Assembly (NCBI GenBank): GCA_017408985.1
Contig: JAFQTO010000024.1
Location: 24,399 to 48,398 of the forward strand
DNA length: 24,000 bases
Reading direction: 5' to 3'
Source of the DNA: Clostridia bacterium
GTDB taxonomy: Bacteria > Bacillota > Clostridia > Oscillospirales > Butyricicoccaceae
Shown here: in pieces, positions 16,302 through 24,000 of the stretch
How the letters are laid out: each line of letters starts with the position of its first letter
Numbering within the stretch: position 1 is the first letter of the stretch
Position numbers and translations under genes: made by a program
The notes under the pieces: model-generated
Databases searched by the model: none
What the model was told of the DNA's origin: nothing
The model's input: only the letters and a program-made list of their open reading frames with translations

Positions 16302-16835
16302 TTAGAAATCGTAGCCGGTCTGCAGAGCCTGGCAGTTGATGTCGATGAGATTTGCCTTCTTGGCAGGGATAAAGGACTCCAGAGTCTGCCGGTTGCCTGC
16401 AAAAGGAACAGCACTACATTCCTTCATCAGCTTGCCTACCAACACCATGTTGGCCAATGTGGCAAATCCGGCATCCTTTGCCAGCTGGGTGGCCGGCAGG
16501 TAGAACGCCTCTACATCGGTACGCTCCACCTTCGCATCGATCAGCGTGGAATCCACGATGATCTTGCCACCGGGAACCACGGTATCCACATACTTCTGCA
16601 GAGAAGGCAGGTTCATGGCGATGAGCACATCCGGGGCAGTGACGATGGGACTGCCTACAGGGTCCTCCGACAGGATCACACTGCAGTTGGCTGTGCCGCC
16701 ACGCATCTCCGGTCCGTAGGAGGGCAACCAGGAGACCTGCAGATTCTCTGTCAGACCTTTGTATGCCAAAAACTTACCGGCAAACAGGACGCCCTGTCCA
16801 CCGAAGCCGGCGATGAGGATCTGTGTTGTTTTCAT
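16302..16835 (-). CDS. 2-oxoacid:ferredoxin oxidoreductase, gamma subunit
   Basis: N-terminal ILIAGFGGQGVLFAGK motif, ~177 aa. ATG 16835 overlaps the beta-subunit stop (TGATG); GTG 16838 is an alternative start. Confidence 0.88.
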   Translation of the reverse strand: MKTTQILIAGFGGQGVLFAGKFLAYKGLTENLQVSWLPSYGPEMRGGTANCSVILSEDPVGSPIVTAPDVLIAMNLPSLQKYVDTVVPGGKIIVDSTLIDAKVERTDVEAFYLPATQLAKDAGFATLANMVLVGKLMKECSAVPFAGNRQTLESFIPAKKANLIDINCQALQTGYDF

Positions 16836-17590
16836 CACTTTCCCTCCTTTGCCGCAGTGCGGTCCTTATAGACACCGATGGGATAGTAAGGAAGCATATC
16901 GCTTTCCACCCACTCCAGTGCCTTCTGGGGTGTCATGCCCCAGTTTGTGGGACAGGCGGAGACGACCTCTACCAGGGAGAAGCCCTTGCCGTCGATCTGG
17001 TTCTGGAAGGCCTTTTTGATGGCCTTCTTGGCCGCATTTACATTTTTCACATTGTTCACTGCTACCCGGGCGATGAACTCAGGACCCTCCAGAGTGGAGA
17101 GCATCTCACTGACCTTGATGGGCCAGCCGCAGTGGTTCACATCTCTGCCGTAGGGAGAGGTCTGGGTGACCTGCCCAGGCAGGGAGGTGGGCGCCATCTG
17201 ACCGCCGGTCATGCCGTAAATGGCATTGTTGACGAAGATCACAGTGATATTTTCGTTTCTTGCGGCGCTGTGGACCGTTTCTGCCATGCCGATGGAGGCC
17301 AGGTCGCCGTCACCCTGGTAGGTGAAGACCACGTTCTCCGGGCGGCAACGCTTAATGCCGGTGGCCACTGCCGGCGCTCTGCCGTGGGCGGCCTCGATCA
17401 TATCGCAGGCAAAATAGTCATATGCCATAACAGCGCAACCGACAGGCGCAACACCGATGGCTTTGCCCTTGATGCCCAGCTCGTCGATGACCTCAGCCAC
17501 CAGACGGTGGATAATACCGTGGGGACAGCCGGGGCAATAATGGAAAGGCGCATCTGTCAGTGCCTTGGGTTTTTTGAATACAACAGCCAT
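16835..17590 (-). CDS. 2-oxoacid:ferredoxin oxidoreductase, beta (TPP-binding) subunit
   Basis: [13 protein letters not shown] cluster/TPP region and [12 protein letters not shown] motif; 251 aa. Confidence 0.9.
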   Translation of the reverse strand: MAVVFKKPKALTDAPFHYCPGCPHGIIHRLVAEVIDELGIKGKAIGVAPVGCAVMAYDYFACDMIEAAHGRAPAVATGIKRCRPENVVFTYQGDGDLASIGMAETVHSAARNENITVIFVNNAIYGMTGGQMAPTSLPGQVTQTSPYGRDVNHCGWPIKVSEMLSTLEGPEFIARVAVNNVKNVNAAKKAIKKAFQNQIDGKGFSLVEVVSACPTNWGMTPQKALEWVESDMLPYYPIGVYKDRTAAKEGK

Positions 17591-17592
17591 GA

Positions 17593-18651
17593 TTACTCTC
17601 CTTTCTGCGCCTTGCGGATGGCCGCCAGCACCTCATCGGGGCTGGGGATCATGCCGCCGCAGCGATTGCACAGGCTGACAGGCTTTTTACAGCCGGTAGC
17701 AAGCCGGATATCCTCGATCATTTGACCCATGTTCAGCTCAACGCTGATGAAGCTCTTTACCTTTTCCGCCGCGGCGGCAAGGGGCTTTGTGGGGAAGGGC
17801 CACAGGGTAATGGGACGGATCAGACCCACCTTGATACCCTCTGCCCGGGCGGCTACCACCGCGTTCTTTGCCACACGGGAGGCAATACCGAAGGCCACCA
17901 CACAGTACTCGGCGTCCTCCATCATGTACTCTTCCCACATGGCTTCCTTCTCTTCCACTGTTTTATACCGCTCATAGCGCTCGAAGTTCTTGACCTCCAG
18001 CTCATCGGGCTTTAAGTACAGAGAGTTGACGATGTTGTGCTTTCTCTCGCCGTTGGTGCCGGTGAGGGCCCAGGGCTTTTCGTAGGTCTCGATCTGCGCA
18101 TCCTCGAAGGAGATCGGCTCCATCATCTGACCGATGGTGCCGTCTGCCAGGATCATAGCGGTCATCAAATACTTATCGGCCAGATTGAAGCCCTTAATGG
18201 TCAGACTGGCCATTTCCTGCACAGAGGCCGGGGCCAGAACGATCATCCGGTAGTCACCGTGACCGCCACCCTTGGTGGCCTGGAAATAATCAGACTGAGA
18301 AGGCTGGATGCCACCCAGGCCGGGGCCGCCACGCTGGACGTTTACCACCAGGGCAGGCACATCGGAGCCGGCAATATAGCTCAAGCCCTCTGCCTTCAGG
18401 GAAATTCCGGGGCTGCTGGAGGAGGTCATGACCCGCATGCCTGCGGCGGCGGCGCCATAGACCATATTGATGGAAGCGACCTCACTTTCCGCCTGGAGGA
18501 ACACGCCGCCGATCTTGGGCATCTTCTTGGCCATATATGCGGCGATCTCCGTCTGGGGCGTGATGGGGTAGCCAAAATAGTGACGACAGCCGGCACGGAT
18601 GGCGGCTTCGGCAATGGCTTCATTGCCCTTCATTAATACTCTTTCTGCCAT
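17593..18651 (-). CDS. 2-oxoacid:ferredoxin oxidoreductase, alpha subunit (VorB-like size class)
   Basis: N-terminus [30 protein letters not shown] is typical of POR/KOR/VOR alpha subunits; 352 aa. Substrate class cannot be read from the sequence alone. Confidence 0.9.
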   Translation of the reverse strand: MAERVLMKGNEAIAEAAIRAGCRHYFGYPITPQTEIAAYMAKKMPKIGGVFLQAESEVASINMVYGAAAAGMRVMTSSSSPGISLKAEGLSYIAGSDVPALVVNVQRGGPGLGGIQPSQSDYFQATKGGGHGDYRMIVLAPASVQEMASLTIKGFNLADKYLMTAMILADGTIGQMMEPISFEDAQIETYEKPWALTGTNGERKHNIVNSLYLKPDELEVKNFERYERYKTVEEKEAMWEEYMMEDAEYCVVAFGIASRVAKNAVVAARAEGIKVGLIRPITLWPFPTKPLAAAAEKVKSFISVELNMGQMIEDIRLATGCKKPVSLCNRCGGMIPSPDEVLAAIRKAQKGE

Positions 18652-18663
18652 GTTTGCGCCTCC

Positions 18664-18870
18664 TTACTTTTCTACTGTGATGATACAGTCGGGGCACATG
18701 GTGGCGCAGAATGCGCAACCGATGCACTTATCCGGCTCTGCCATCACCGCAGGTGAATAGCCTTTTTTGTTGATCTTATCCGAGGCAATGGTCAGACAGC
18801 CCTTGGGGCAGGCATTGACGCACAGGCCACAGCCCTTGCAAAGATCGGTTTCGAATGTAAGTTTTGCCAT
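18664..18870 (-). CDS. 2-oxoacid:ferredoxin oxidoreductase, delta subunit (2x[4Fe-4S] ferredoxin)
   Basis: 68 aa with CKGCGLCVNACP and CIGCAFCATMCP. Confidence 0.9.
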   Translation of the reverse strand: MAKLTFETDLCKGCGLCVNACPKGCLTIASDKINKKGYSPAVMAEPDKCIGCAFCATMCPDCIITVEK

Positions 18871-18897
18871 TGGGAGTTCCTCCTCTTTACGGTTGGT

Positions 18898-19602
18898 TTA
18901 TCCCCACAGAGGCCGAGCCTTCGGCTTCTGAGACGGTAAATCAAAGTATTTTTCCTGCAGTTGCAGGGGGAAAACATTGTTAAGGGTATCCGCCAGGGTC
19001 GCCGCCACCGCTTTTTCAGCAGTGTGCAACCAAACCGGCAGTCCGGAAAGCGCGCTGAGCGCTTCTATGTAGGAAAGGGATTCCAGCACCGTTTCGGCGG
19101 TGGTCTCCGACGCCAGGTTGGTATTGTTGACGATGCAGGTGAAGCAAAGCCCACAGGCCTGCTCGATCTCACCCATCACCTCCAGGGCCTCCGCCGGTGT
19201 CCGGGTCAGAGGGCGGCTGGCATTGGCAACGAATACCATGCGGTAGTTATTCTCTTCCTTGATAAAAGGGACATATCTGCCCAGGGCATAGGCGCCCCGG
19301 TCATCTCCGCCGATATCCATGACGGCGAAGCTGTTTTTATCCTGGACCAGCCGGTAGGCCTCCGCCGGAAGGGCCGGCAGGTCTACGTTGGAATTGGTAA
19401 ATTGAGATGTGATCAGATCAATACCGGCCTCCTTCAGCGCCTTGGCGCTGTCAGCGGTACGGAAATAGGGATTGACGATGTCCAGGTCAGCGATACAGAC
19501 CTTTTTCCCCTCCGACGCCAAATGCAGGGCGTAATTGACTGCGATATTGGTCTTGCCGCTACCGTAATGGCCGGCAAACAGGGTCAGACGTTTATGTTCC
19601 AT
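18898..19602 (-). CDS. P-loop NTPase of unknown role (SIMIBI-like)
   Basis: Walker A motif FAGHYGSGKTN followed by VCIADLDIVNPYF and a hydrophobic-strand-Asp motif AVMDIGGDD. Start ATG 19602 lies 1 nt after the upstream stop. Confidence 0.6.
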   Translation of the reverse strand: MEHKRLTLFAGHYGSGKTNIAVNYALHLASEGKKVCIADLDIVNPYFRTADSAKALKEAGIDLITSQFTNSNVDLPALPAEAYRLVQDKNSFAVMDIGGDDRGAYALGRYVPFIKEENNYRMVFVANASRPLTRTPAEALEVMGEIEQACGLCFTCIVNNTNLASETTAETVLESLSYIEALSALSGLPVWLHTAEKAVAATLADTLNNVFPLQLQEKYFDLPSQKPKARPLWG

Positions 19603-19603
19603 A

Positions 19604-20554
19604 TTACTCCTTGCCGGGGATCGCCCAGGGGTTATCCAGCGTATATTTCACCGTGTCGATGATAGCTTGCTTCATTTCCGCCGTCACTGCCATATCGCCC
19701 AGGTTTTGGGTGGAGGAATGGCGCAGATGGGACGGTACGGAATCCAGGTTGATCTGGGTCACAGCATTGCCGGTGAACTGGGCGTACCAGGCATAGCCGA
19801 TCATCAAACAGCCGTAGTCATTCAAATGGGTGTGATCCCGATACAACTGAACCTCGGGGATATTCAGCTCTTTAAGGGCATACATCAGCGGCGTGCCGGA
19901 GGTCACGTGACCTGCAAACATGGGGTCATCCAGGACCGTATCGATGGCAGTTTGGTTGGTCTGGGTCAGCTGTGCCAGCTGATCCACCTGGGATGCCTCC
20001 ACAGGGTTGTCGTACAGCACGGGATCGGTGGAATTGAACCATGTGGAATGCCACCAGTAGGTATGGGGCGTCTGTACACAGCCATCCACATATTCCGTAA
20101 TATATTTCCGGGCATTCTCATTCATGTTGTTTTCTGTGTCGCCGTTGCCGGCCTGCAGGACCACCACATCCCAGGCCTGGTCCATAAGACCCACATCCAT
20201 GATCACGCCCTTGGTGATCTTCCATCTGCCGTCGGTGTTGCAGTAGTAGTCATAGGCGGCTTCGTTGTTTTTCATAAAATCCACATGCATGGACATGCTG
20301 CAGCCGCTATGGTACATGATGCCAAGGACCACCTTCTTATCGGGCATTTGATCCGTGAAGGCAGTATGGAGCATTTGAAAGGCATTGACAGAACGGCTGG
20401 AGCCCAGGATCATGATCTTCAGTACCTCTGCCTCCTCCGGACTTTCCGTTGCCTGGGTGGTGGCAGTGGTCTGCGACGGCGCTTCATTGCCACAGCCGAC
20501 AAAAATGCCGACCAGCAGGCACAGACACAGGATGTAGAGCATATATCTTTTCAT
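19604..20554 (-). CDS. Lipoprotein, DUF4886/SGNH-hydrolase-like
   Basis: Signal peptide with lipobox (LLVGIFVGC|GNE), a low-complexity linker, then IMILGSSRS…WDVVVLQAG…YRDHTHLNDYGCLMIGYAWY. This resembles SGNH-fold DUF4886 proteins; the family assignment is from memory only. Confidence 0.55.
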   Translation of the reverse strand: MKRYMLYILCLCLLVGIFVGCGNEAPSQTTATTQATESPEEAEVLKIMILGSSRSVNAFQMLHTAFTDQMPDKKVVLGIMYHSGCSMSMHVDFMKNNEAAYDYYCNTDGRWKITKGVIMDVGLMDQAWDVVVLQAGNGDTENNMNENARKYITEYVDGCVQTPHTYWWHSTWFNSTDPVLYDNPVEASQVDQLAQLTQTNQTAIDTVLDDPMFAGHVTSGTPLMYALKELNIPEVQLYRDHTHLNDYGCLMIGYAWYAQFTGNAVTQINLDSVPSHLRHSSTQNLGDMAVTAEMKQAIIDTVKYTLDNPWAIPGKE

Positions 20555-20565
20555 ATGTATTCTCC

Positions 20566-22857
20566 TTACAGCTTTTTGCGAATAATCTTGCCGCTGGTTG
20601 TCTTGGGCAGACTCTCTCTGAATTCCACGATCCGGGGATACTTATAGGGCGCAGTCCGGGACTTGACATAGTCCTGGATCTGTTTTTTCAGCTCGTCGGT
20701 GCCCTTAAAGTCCTTTACCAGCACGATGGAAGCCTTGACCACCTGGCCACGGATCTCATCGGGGGCGGCGGAGACACCGCACTCCAGCACGTAGGGAAGC
20801 TCCATGATCACGTTTTCGATCTCGAACGGTCCGATCCGGTAACCGGAGGACTTGATCACGTCGTCGGCACGGCCCACATACCAGTAGAAGCCGTCCTCAT
20901 CCTTCCAGGCCAGGTCGCCGGTATGGTAGAAGCCGTCACACCAGGTCTCGGCAGTCACATCGGGACTTCCCTCGTAAGCAAAGCTGAGGCCGCAGGGCAG
21001 GCCCTTGGAGATGTCGATACAGATCTCGCCGGTCTCGCCACGGTCCACGATCTTGCCTTCGGAATTCAACAGCTGAACGTTATACAGCGGTACCGGCTTG
21101 CCCATAGAGCCAAGCTTGTGACTGCTGCCAAGGAGATTGCCGATGATCAAGGTGCTCTCGGACTGACCGAAGCCCTCCATGATATCCAAACCGGTGGCGT
21201 TCTGGAACTGGCGGTAGACCTCCGGGTTCAGCGCCTCGCCGGCAGTGGAGGCATGCTCGATGGTGCTCAGATCAAAACGGCTCAGGTCCTGCTTGGCCAG
21301 CATCCGGTACATGGTGGGCGGCGCGCAGAAGGTGGTGATGCCGTACTGCTTGAACATGGGCAGGATCTTCTCCGCGTCGAAGCGGTCGAAATCGTAGACA
21401 AACAGGCCTGCCTCACAGAGCCACTGGCCGTAGAGCTTGCCCCACATGGACTTTGCCCAGCCGGTATCGGAGATGGTCAGGTGCAGACCGTCGGGGCGGA
21501 CACAGTGCCAGTATTTTGCTGTGATAAAATGACCCAGGGGATACTTATAATTGTGAGCCGCCAGCTTGGGATAGCCGGAAGTGCCGGAGGTGAAGAACAT
21601 CAGCATGGGGTCAGAGCCACAGGGCGCATCGGCTGTTCTTGCAAAGTGACTGCTGTACATGGAATATTCTTCGTCAAAATCATGCCAGCCTTCCCGACTG
21701 CCTCCCACCAGGATCTTGTGGGCAAGTCCGGGATACTGGGCGGCGGCCTCATCCACCGCAGTGGCGGTGTCACCGTCAGCGGTACACAGGATCGCCCGGA
21801 CATCTGCCGCCTGGAACCGGTAGGCAAAGTCCTTGACAAGGAGCTGGTTGGTAGCAGGGATCGCCACAGCGCCCAGCTTGTGCAGGCCCAAAATCGCAAA
21901 CCAGAACTGGTAATGGCGCTTGAGCACCAGCATCACCCGGTCGCCACGCTTGATGCCCATGGCCTTAAAGTAGTTTGCCGCCCGGGCAGACTCCTTTTTC
22001 ATATCCTGGAAGGTGAAGGTGCGTTCCGTGCCGTCCAGACTCACATGAAGCATGGCGCGGCGGTCCGGCTTCTTTCTGCCCAGGGCATCGATGATGTCGA
22101 AGGCGAAATTGAACTTATCTTCGTTTTTGAAGTCAATGGCAGTGATCCTGCCCTGCGCATCTTCTGTGGGAATGATAAAGTTGTGGTAAATGCGTTGCTC
22201 CGGATCCACACCGGGCAGTTTTGCAGAGGGTGTTGCCACTGCCGCCGCCTGCTCACCCTCACGGGCGGCAGAGTTTCTCAGTACGATGGCATAGAAAGCG
22301 CAATCCTCCCCTTCCGCGGCAACCATGCCGTGGGGCGTGGCAGAATCATAATAGATACAGTCGCCGGGGTGCAGGATCTCCGTATGACCGCCGATCTGGA
22401 TCTTCATATGACCCCGGATCACGATGTCGCACTCCTGGCCCTCATGGGTGGTCAGCTCCATATCCTCAAACTCGGCGCCCTCCCGGTAGGCAAGTTCCAT
22501 GTAAAGAGGCAGAGCGATACGATTGCGGAAATCAGCCGCCAGGTTATATCCCACCATATGGTGCGCTTCCTCAATGCGCTGTCCCTCACCCTTACGGGTC
22601 AGGGCATAGGAGCGCAGTTTGGGGCTGTGGCCTTCCAGAAGGTCGCTGAAGTCAACGCCGAAGATCAGCGCGCAATGGTACAAAAAGGCAATGCTCATAT
22701 TGCGGGAACCGTTTTCGTACTGGGTATACTCCTGCACAGAAACACTGGTGCGCTGAGCCATCTCCTCCACGGTGAAGCCGCTGATCTGCCGCAGCTCCCG
22801 GATACGCCCTGCAACCTCCCGTATCTTGTAGTCCATGCCTGTCATTGTCTGTTCCAT
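20566..22857 (-). CDS. Fusion protein: XRE-type HTH + cupin (PuuR-like regulator module) + AMP-forming acyl-CoA synthetase
   Basis: One uninterrupted 763-aa ORF. aa ~10-70 form an HTH (IRELRQISGFTVEEMAQRTSVSVQEYTQYENGSRN). aa ~120-195 form a cupin (HEGQECDIVIRGHMKIQIGGHTEILHPGDCIYYDSATPHG). aa ~215-763 form an adenylate-forming ligase (FFTSGTSGYPK, YHTGDLAW, GRADDVIKSSGYRIGPFEIE, PKTTSGKIIRKKL). RBS AAGAGG precedes ATG 22857. Confidence 0.85.
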   Translation of the reverse strand: MEQTMTGMDYKIREVAGRIRELRQISGFTVEEMAQRTSVSVQEYTQYENGSRNMSIAFLYHCALIFGVDFSDLLEGHSPKLRSYALTRKGEGQRIEEAHHMVGYNLAADFRNRIALPLYMELAYREGAEFEDMELTTHEGQECDIVIRGHMKIQIGGHTEILHPGDCIYYDSATPHGMVAAEGEDCAFYAIVLRNSAAREGEQAAAVATPSAKLPGVDPEQRIYHNFIIPTEDAQGRITAIDFKNEDKFNFAFDIIDALGRKKPDRRAMLHVSLDGTERTFTFQDMKKESARAANYFKAMGIKRGDRVMLVLKRHYQFWFAILGLHKLGAVAIPATNQLLVKDFAYRFQAADVRAILCTADGDTATAVDEAAAQYPGLAHKILVGGSREGWHDFDEEYSMYSSHFARTADAPCGSDPMLMFFTSGTSGYPKLAAHNYKYPLGHFITAKYWHCVRPDGLHLTISDTGWAKSMWGKLYGQWLCEAGLFVYDFDRFDAEKILPMFKQYGITTFCAPPTMYRMLAKQDLSRFDLSTIEHASTAGEALNPEVYRQFQNATGLDIMEGFGQSESTLIIGNLLGSSHKLGSMGKPVPLYNVQLLNSEGKIVDRGETGEICIDISKGLPCGLSFAYEGSPDVTAETWCDGFYHTGDLAWKDEDGFYWYVGRADDVIKSSGYRIGPFEIENVIMELPYVLECGVSAAPDEIRGQVVKASIVLVKDFKGTDELKKQIQDYVKSRTAPYKYPRIVEFRESLPKTTSGKIIRKKL

Positions 22858-22859
22858 AA

Positions 22860-23158
22860 TTACCTCTTAAATCAAAACAAAAAGCTCGTCTCAAAGGATA
22901 GTTTCCTTGAGACGAGCTGTTAAAAAGCAACCCGCGGTACCACTCAAATTGCAGTTGCCTTACGGCTCACTGCCACTCATCGAGCGCAGACACGCTCTAA
23001 GCATTGACGCAGCTGACACGTGGAGGTTCTACCGGCAAATTGCTTTCTTCCTCCCGGCTCCGGAGGGACACTCACACTGCTTCTGCCATGGCTTGCACCA
23101 ACCGCCAATTCTCTGAGGCAGGGTCTGCAGGGGAGATTCTCCATCACAGCCTTTATGA
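22860..23158 (-). promoter_or_regulatory. T-box riboswitch leader (tRNA-sensing antitermination)
   Basis: Read on the minus strand. Stem I spans 23151-23056, with K-turn GGC-UGU-GA-UGGAG … CUCCG-GA-GCC, AG bulge AGAGA and distal loop GGUUGGUGCAA. The T-box sequence AAUUUGAGUGGUACCGCGG lies at 22950-22932. The antiterminator (UUUGAG/CUCAAG and GCGGG/CUCGU around the bulge UGGUACC) is mutually exclusive with the terminator 5-prime arm. Confidence 0.85.
22871..22918 (-). terminator. Leader (attenuator) terminator of the T-box
   Basis: On the minus strand: AGCUCGUCUCAAGGA-loop-UCCUUUGAGACGAGCU followed by UUUUUGUUUUGAUUU. It ends ~10 nt before the RBS of the fusion gene. Confidence 0.85.
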
Positions 23159-23164
23159 TAGGAA

Positions 23165-23193
23165 ATCATATCATTTTTATATGAAGTTGTCAA
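23165..23193 (-). promoter_or_regulatory. Sigma-A promoter of the T-box operon
   Basis: On the minus strand: TTGACA (23188-23193), a 17-nt spacer, then TATGAT (23165-23170). The palindrome TATGAT-N5-ATCATA (23154-23170) overlaps the -10 and the predicted transcription start. Confidence 0.75.
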
Positions 23194-23247
23194 TAGTCTT
23201 TCCGCAGGCAAGCTCCGGTTTCGCCAGCAGAGCCCGCAAAATCGGTT

Positions 23248-24000
23248 TTACAGCTTATTGCGCATGATCTTGCCACTGATGGTCTTGGGCAGTTCCGTGC
23301 GGAACTCCACGATCCGGGGGTACTTATAAGGCGCAGTGTGCTGTTTGACGTAATTCTGGATCTCCTTTTTCAGCTCGTCGGTGCCCTCTGTGCCGGGAAC
23401 CAGCACGATACAGGCCTTGACCACCTGGCCACGGACTTCGTCCGGAGCGGCGCAGACACCGCACTCCAGCACGTAGGGCAGTTCCATAATGGTGGATTCG
23501 ATCTCGAAGGGTCCGATCCGGTAGCCCGAGGACTTGATCACATCGTCGGCACGGCCTACATACCAGTAGTAGCCATCCTCATCCCGCCATGCCACATCGC
23601 CGGTATGATACATACCGTCATGCCATGCCGCATCGGTGGCTTCCTTGTTCAGATAGTAGCCCAGGAACACACCGCAGGTAGGATTGGGATCGGTACGGAT
23701 AACGATCTCGCCGTTAATACCGTCTTCCACCGGGTTGCCCTCGGCATCCACGATATCGATGCCGTAGCCGGGGACAGGCTTACCCATGGCGCCGGGCTTG
23801 ATCTCGGTGCCAAAGAGATTCGCAATGCCAAGGGTCATCTCAGTCTGACCGAAGCCCTCATGAATCCGCAGGCCGGTCGCCTTTTCAAACTGATAGAACA
23901 CCTCAGGGTTCAGCGCCTCACCTGCCGTAGTAGCATGGTGGATCGTAGAAAGATCATACTTGCTCAAATCTTGCTTGATCAGCATCCGGTACATGGTAGG
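23248..24000 (-). CDS. AMP-forming acyl-CoA synthetase, C-terminal part (5-prime end lies beyond the window)
   Basis: The C-terminal ~250 aa are highly similar to the ligase part of the fusion protein (YHTGDVAW, GRADDVIKSSGYRIGPFEIE, IMELPYVLECGV, TAPYKYPRIVEF, LPKTISGKIMRNKL). The ORF is still open at the window edge. Confidence 0.85.
   Translation of the reverse strand, partial: PTMYRMLIKQDLSKYDLSTIHHATTAGEALNPEVFYQFEKATGLRIHEGFGQTEMTLGIANLFGTEIKPGAMGKPVPGYGIDIVDAEGNPVEDGINGEIVIRTDPNPTCGVFLGYYLNKEATDAAWHDGMYHTGDVAWRDEDGYYWYVGRADDVIKSSGYRIGPFEIESTIMELPYVLECGVCAAPDEVRGQVVKACIVLVPGTEGTDELKKEIQNYVKQHTAPYKYPRIVEFRTELPKTISGKIMRNKL

Noticed and set aside
20449-22923. An 824-aa plus-strand ORF, together with similar long ORFs at 5612-6751 (+), 6695-7564 (-), 12066-12971 (+), 15972-16871 (+), 16823-17725 (+), 18961-19662 (+) and 19667-20647 (+)
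   Set aside because: Each lies antisense to a CDS with clear family motifs and has a low-complexity Gly/Ala/Arg/His-rich translation with no recognisable motifs or RBS. These are typical shadow ORFs of GC-rich coding DNA.
23067-23072. UGU (Cys) as the T-box specifier
   Set aside because: The antiterminator bulge reads UGGU, which pairs with an A73 discriminator, whereas bacterial tRNA-Cys carries U73. Cys also makes no sense with the operon content. It is not fully excluded without a covariance alignment.
23080-23090. GCA (Ala) as the T-box specifier, because of the local pattern AGAA-GCA-G
   Set aside because: It lies only ~8 nt after the distal stem. That is far too close to the AG-bulge/distal-loop platform for the anticodon-to-elbow spacing that Stem I must span. 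It more likely sits in an internal loop of the upper helix.

Overview
The window looks like a chromosomal segment from a moderately GC-rich, Clostridia-like anaerobe. That taxonomic guess rests only on TTGACA/TATAAT promoters, GGAGG ribosome-binding sites and a T-box leader. I found no rRNA, tRNA, CRISPR array, transposase or integrase.

Layout, left to right:
- 1-2491: a truncated duplicate of a blaI-family repressor gene and a degenerate repeat array, followed by an intact BlaI-like repressor / BlaR1-like M56 sensor-protease pair.
- 2645-4327 (-): an M3 oligoendopeptidase.
- 4576-7543: two tandem QueG/RdhA-superfamily iron-sulfur paralogs (-), divergent from an AraC regulator (+).
- about 7884-11760: a sharply AT-rich island. 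It carries a small RHH protein, a fused nuclease-methyltransferase and an HsdS-like specificity subunit, which I interpret as a BcgI-like type IIB restriction-modification system.
- 11814-14881: a MATE exporter, a cyclase/arylformamidase-family protein and an amidohydrolase.
- 15216-22857 (-): a tightly packed eight-gene operon. It encodes an XRE-HTH/cupin/acyl-CoA-synthetase fusion, a DUF4886-like lipoprotein, a P-loop NTPase, a four-subunit 2-oxoacid:ferredoxin oxidoreductase and IlvE.
- 22860-23193 (-): a sigma-A promoter and a complete T-box leader in front of that operon.
- 23248-24000 (-): a second, paralogous acyl-CoA synthetase that runs off the right edge.

The most interesting candidate is the T-box-controlled operon. 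It reads as a route from short branched-chain acids to branched-chain amino acids, and a transcription-factor module is fused to its first enzyme. Other points worth a second look are twin palindromic operators at the RM island, an exactly duplicated 34-bp terminator, and a recurrent intergenic motif-plus-hairpin family. All domain calls come from motifs read by eye; no database search was run.
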